DNA of 64,000 nucleotides from Candidatus Gottesmanbacteria bacterium UBA6580 (lineage in GTDB: Bacteria > Patescibacteriota > Microgenomatia > UBA10105 > UBA927), in the NCBI GenBank assembly GCA_002433895.1, contig DJJA01000003.1, positions 575,745 to 639,744 of the forward strand. The letters run 5' to 3'. Positions within the stretch are counted from its first letter, which is position 1; every line of letters starts with the position of its first letter. The notes below the pieces were generated by a model. The model searched no databases, was not told where the DNA came from, and saw only the letters and a list, made by a program, of their open reading frames with translations. A program made the translations under genes and the position numbers. Of the stretch, positions 60,173 to 64,000 are shown one piece after another.

Positions 60173-61286
60173 ACAGGTAATACAATGTCCCGATGCCGTT
60201 TAGCAGGCTGAGCGCCAGGATAAGCAGCGGCAGGATGCTCCGGAGGAGGTGGTGTGTATAGATGCGCTCAATGATACTCGTTAGACCCACGGCAAGGAGC
60301 GGTAAGGTGCTCACAAACATCCTGCCACTCACGCTCGCCCCCTGCCACCACGTGCTCCAGCTTGCCACCAAGTACACCTGTAAACAAAAAATAAGAAGAT
60401 AGATTTTCCGTTGCTTATCGTATTGCGGACGTTTAGTATCGTGAAGCAGTAAACCGAAAAACCCGATTGCGGCTATTGGCGTCCACAGAAACAAACCGCT
60501 AGAGATGCCAAATAATACTCCCACAATATGCGGCCGCAACAGATCAAACGTTTCCCCTCCCGCGATATAAGGATTAGCAACTGAACCATAAAGTGATACC
60601 CAAGCCGCCAATTGGGGGAGAAAGCCAAGTGCCGCTCCGAAGATAAATAGGCGCCAGTTTACCTGTCGCCAGAAGGGGATGAGGGCGAGGATATAGATCG
60701 CATCCTGATTTCGAATAGAGGCAAGAAACGCGAGGCTTATGCCTCCCGCGAACCAGTGAGGTTTTTTGGCGGTGATGACCGATAGGTATACAACCGCGGC
60801 AAAAAACGAAAGGGCGTGAGAATTCACCGGATCAACCGCTCCGTAAAACAATAAGTTGCTCGCTCCCGCTACCGCGAGCACGGTAAGTATCCGTACCGGT
60901 GGCGGGGAAGGGAGAAACCTTAGGAGCAGTACGAGTCCAAACAAGGCGGCGAGAACAGAGGTGATGCCTGCCGCGAGCTGATAAGGCAAACTCCATCCGT
61001 CCCCCCGCACGATCTGATGTACCGTGATATAGAGTGGTGCCCAGATAACCGCGGGACCGATACTGTATTTATTGCCGGCATAACCCAAGGGCGTGTTGGG
61101 CTGGGAAACCCGGCTGTCGGCATATTCATTGGTAAAGTCTATGTCATGATCAACGACGACCGATCGGAGCCAGGAAAAATAAAACACGCCGTCGCCGTAT
61201 ACCGTTTTTTGTAAATGCCACGCGTGGGAAAAAAACGCGACAATATACGCGGCTGCGATAAGCGCGACAGCCAGTCGGAGCTTCAT
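60162..61286 (-). CDS. Multi-pass membrane glycosyltransferase-like protein (GT-C)
   Basis: GDG..YF..LRS.V.D.D.DF.NE, Y.IG....WAP, GLF.WTP, W..W..G...GR motifs; multi-TM. Confidence 0.75.
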   Translation of the reverse strand: MKLRLAVALIAAAYIVAFFSHAWHLQKTVYGDGVFYFSWLRSVVVDHDIDFTNEYADSRVSQPNTPLGYAGNKYSIGPAVIWAPLYITVHQIVRGDGWSLPYQLAAGITSVLAALFGLVLLLRFLPSPPPVRILTVLAVAGASNLLFYGAVDPVNSHALSFFAAVVYLSVITAKKPHWFAGGISLAFLASIRNQDAIYILALIPFWRQVNWRLFIFGAALGFLPQLAAWVSLYGSVANPYIAGGETFDLLRPHIVGVLFGISSGLFLWTPIAAIGFFGLLLHDTKRPQYDKQRKIYLLIFCLQVYLVASWSTWWQGASVSGRMFVSTLPLLAVGLTSIIERIYTHHLLRSILPLLILALSLLNGIGTLYYLFTY

Positions 61287-61313
61287 TACGGTATGATACA
61301 ATGAAACCGTACT

Positions 61314-62060
61314 ATGGGTATATCAGTGGTTGTGTTGACACAGAATAACGCCGACACCCTGGAACAGACGCTTCAAAGTGTGTCGTTTTGTGATGAAATC
61401 CTGGTTATTGATGACCACTCTACCGATGAAACAGTGACCATCGCCAAACAGCACAATGCCGCCGTTTACACCAGGGCGCTTGACGGTGATTTTGCGTCAC
61501 AGCGTAATTTTGGATTATCCAAAGCGAAACATGAATGGGTATTGTTTGTCGACTCCGACGAGACCGTATCTCCCGCGTTGCGGGAAGAAATAATGGAAGC
61601 TATCCAAAACGTCGATGTCAACGGCTTTTTTTTGCGGAGACAGGATATTTTATGGGGTCGGGAGTTGCAGCATGGGGAAACAGAAAAAGTGCGGTTACTC
61701 AGGCTGGCGAGGGTCGGGAAAGGGAAGTGGCAGCGGCCGGTGCATGAAGTATGGCAAGTAGCCGGCGCGGTTGGTACGCTTACGCATCCACTTCACCATA
61801 CGCCCCACCCTCATGTCGCGCACTTTTTGGCAGATATAAATACGTACTCTACCATAAACGCGCAGTATTTTTTTACGCGTAAAACCCCTGCGTCGGTGTT
61901 TCATATCGTCGCCTATCCCGCCGCGAAATTTATACAAAACTATATCATGCGCCGGGGATTTATGGACGGGATGCCGGGTATCGTTGTTGCCCTCATGATG
62001 AGCTTTCATTCATTTTTGACCCGCGCAAAATTATGGCAACTGTACCAAAAGCACGGTTAA
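61314..62060 (+). CDS. Glycosyltransferase family 2
   Basis: ISVVVLT.N, DEILVIDD.STD.T, DFA.QRN, WVLFVDSDE, VHE, GF.DG..G. Confidence 0.93.
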   Translation: MGISVVVLTQNNADTLEQTLQSVSFCDEILVIDDHSTDETVTIAKQHNAAVYTRALDGDFASQRNFGLSKAKHEWVLFVDSDETVSPALREEIMEAIQNVDVNGFFLRRQDILWGRELQHGETEKVRLLRLARVGKGKWQRPVHEVWQVAGAVGTLTHPLHHTPHPHVAHFLADINTYSTINAQYFFTRKTPASVFHIVAYPAAKFIQNYIMRRGFMDGMPGIVVALMMSFHSFLTRAKLWQLYQKHG

Positions 62061-63115
62061 CTGCCGGTCTTATCCTCTTGGTGATAGTGTTTGTTGCGGC
62101 GCACGCTGTTTTTTCCGTATTTCGTATCGTGACGACCACTGCTCCCGATTTTTTTTATTATTATCAGGCGTCGCAGTCGTTTATATCGCACATCGAAAAT
62201 CCGCTGCACTTACTCCCGCCCGCTTCTCTGCTCGTCTACGCGCCGCTTGCGGTATTGCCGTATCCGCTTGTCCAGGGCGCATGGATTATCGTCAGCGTCG
62301 CGTGTCTGGTATTTGTAGTGTGGCAGCTGGGTGCGCTTGTGGGAGTGACATCATGGCAGCACCTCTCCCTCATGGGCGTACTTGCGTATGCAATGTTTCC
62401 CACACGGTTTACGTTGGGTATGGGACAGGTAAATCTGATTGCCCTTGCGTTTGTCGTGTACGCCGTTTCCCTCGTGAGAAAAAATCAGGTGGTGTTGCCC
62501 GGTATATTATTTGCGTATGCCATGCTCCTCAAGCCGGAGCTAGTGTTGTTGCTTCCGGTGATGGTATGGGCACGGAAGTGGCCGCTTCTCGTTATCATCA
62601 GCGGGGTGCTGATAATCACCGAATTTGTGGCGAGGGGTCTGGTGTATGAGGGTGCTCAATATATAGGAATTGAGTCGTTATTTGAAAGTTTTATCCGCGG
62701 ATGGGCAAGCGCCGGGGTGTACTATAACCAGGGACTGTCGGGTTTATTGGTCCGCGCTGGATTTATCCAACCATGGGTATATGGAATACTTTCGGTATTT
62801 GTGCTTATTATCACTTTGATCGCGCGGATAAAGCGGCCGTTACCCTTTGAGGCATTGCTGTGGAGTAGTTTGCCTGTCCTTATCCTCGTTGAGCCAATTG
62901 CGTGGCAGCACCATTTGGTGTTTTTGTTGCCAACGCTTTTTTGGTTGTGGATGGGAACTACTGATCGTGTCCGCAGAGCCGCACTTATCGTGAGTTTCGT
63001 ACTGATAGGTTGGAATTTTGCTACTCTCGGGTTTCTTGATACTATGCCATTAGGGTGGCTTGTGGCGTCACACGCCACGGTGGGGGTTATCATGCTGTGG
63101 GTGTTAACCCTTTGA
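62033..63115 (+). CDS. GT87-family membrane glycosyltransferase
   Basis: DF..YY, PP.....APL, GQ.N, K, NQ.L.G, P.AW.HH motifs. Confidence 0.85.
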   Translation: MATVPKARLTAGLILLVIVFVAAHAVFSVFRIVTTTAPDFFYYYQASQSFISHIENPLHLLPPASLLVYAPLAVLPYPLVQGAWIIVSVACLVFVVWQLGALVGVTSWQHLSLMGVLAYAMFPTRFTLGMGQVNLIALAFVVYAVSLVRKNQVVLPGILFAYAMLLKPELVLLLPVMVWARKWPLLVIISGVLIITEFVARGLVYEGAQYIGIESLFESFIRGWASAGVYYNQGLSGLLVRAGFIQPWVYGILSVFVLIITLIARIKRPLPFEALLWSSLPVLILVEPIAWQHHLVFLLPTLFWLWMGTTDRVRRAALIVSFVLIGWNFATLGFLDTMPLGWLVASHATVGVIMLWVLTL

Positions 63116-63120
63116 TATTT

Positions 63121-64000
63121 ATGCCGTTTGCTTTGTGGATATTGGTAGCAGGGTTTATAGGCGGACAACTTACCGCTTTACCATTGTTTGCCGGCGCGCG
63201 GCTATCACTTCTGGATGCCGCGGTTATCGGCGTATTGTTGTACGGTGTGAGCCAAACGGGAAAAAAACGGTTTATTCCGCGCCTTTGGATGCCGATTATC
63301 GGATTTAGTGTGGTGGCATTGGTTTCGTTGGGTGTTACCGTCGGTTCGGTACCGTTGTACGTGGTGGGCGGCGGCTTGCTGTATATCATCCGGTGGGTGA
63401 GCTTTGCGGCGCTCTACTGGGTAGCGGCGAGCAGACTGATACGCGTTACTACCTGGCAAACGTTGTTGGTTGGTTCGGGCGTCGTGATGGCGCTTCTCGG
63501 ATTAGTGCAGTATATGTGGTATCCGGATTTGCGTAACCTTGCCTATCTCGGGTGGGATCCGCATTACCAGCGGCTATTCAGTACGTTACTTGATCCTAAT
63601 TTTACGGGTATTATTTTGGCGTTTACCGCACTCACGTTGCTTTCTTGGTGCACGCAAAAAAAATGGAATATGTGGCGGCTGAGTGGCGTGATGGTGACAC
63701 TAACCTCCCTCATACTCACCTACTCACGAAGCAGTCTCATCGCATTTTTTGTCGGGCTGGTAGTCTGGGGAATATACACGAAACGGAAAGCATTGGTCGG
63801 CGGTCTGATGGTGCTGGTCGCTATCGCGCTGTTGGTATTGCCGGGCACCGGGGAAGGAAGAAATTTGTTCCGTACCGTTTCGACCTACGCAAGAATCGGG
63901 AGTATGGAGCGGGCGATTTCACTTATTCACGAAAAGCCATTGACCGGTCACGGGTTTAATATATTACGGTTTGTAGCGCGTGACCGGAGTTGGATAGATG
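63121..64000 (+). CDS. O-antigen ligase/polymerase family protein, 3'-truncated by the window edge
   Basis: Open frame to the window end: GQL, QY..YPDLRNL..LGWDPH.QRL.ST.LDPN, LTYSRSS, P..G.G.N. Confidence 0.85.
   Translation, partial: MPFALWILVAGFIGGQLTALPLFAGARLSLLDAAVIGVLLYGVSQTGKKRFIPRLWMPIIGFSVVALVSLGVTVGSVPLYVVGGGLLYIIRWVSFAALYWVAASRLIRVTTWQTLLVGSGVVMALLGLVQYMWYPDLRNLAYLGWDPHYQRLFSTLLDPNFTGIILAFTALTLLSWCTQKKWNMWRLSGVMVTLTSLILTYSRSSLIAFFVGLVVWGIYTKRKALVGGLMVLVAIALLVLPGTGEGRNLFRTVSTYARIGSMERAISLIHEKPLTGHGFNILRFVARDRSWID

Overview
Bacterial chromosomal window; gene content and style suggest Patescibacteria/CPR, Microgenomates-like (inference). It holds a DUF4012-like gene (partial), recO and glyS, then a long dcw cluster (mraZ-rsmH-ftsL-ftsI-murE-pgeF-murC-murB-murA-glmU-like-hydrolase-murF-DegT aminotransferase-CvpA/CAP-MBL-FemABX-dgkA-mraY-ftsW-murG-ftsQ-ftsA-ftsZ). 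An accessory patch follows ftsZ (PD-(D/E)xK-like gene and decaying small-gene duplicates), then a kinase-Nudix fusion, a MacAB-like ABC operon, ileS, rodA, rplU-RNA methyltransferase-rpmA, parB, lepB and tRNA-Val(GAC). A second accessory region contains a Y1 HUH (RAYT-like) transposase with palindromic repeats, followed by a surface-glycan glycosyltransferase cluster. Main findings: (1) two ultra-short-stem-I T-box riboswitches with transcription terminators; the glyS one lacks both the T-loop arm and stem II and looks like a re-specified paralog of the ileS leader; (2) a palindrome that flanks the Y1 transposase and recurs in frame inside a gene about 4.5 kb away; (3) a 35-bp direct repeat pair inside the dcw cluster. 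All protein calls are from motif recognition by eye, with no database searches.
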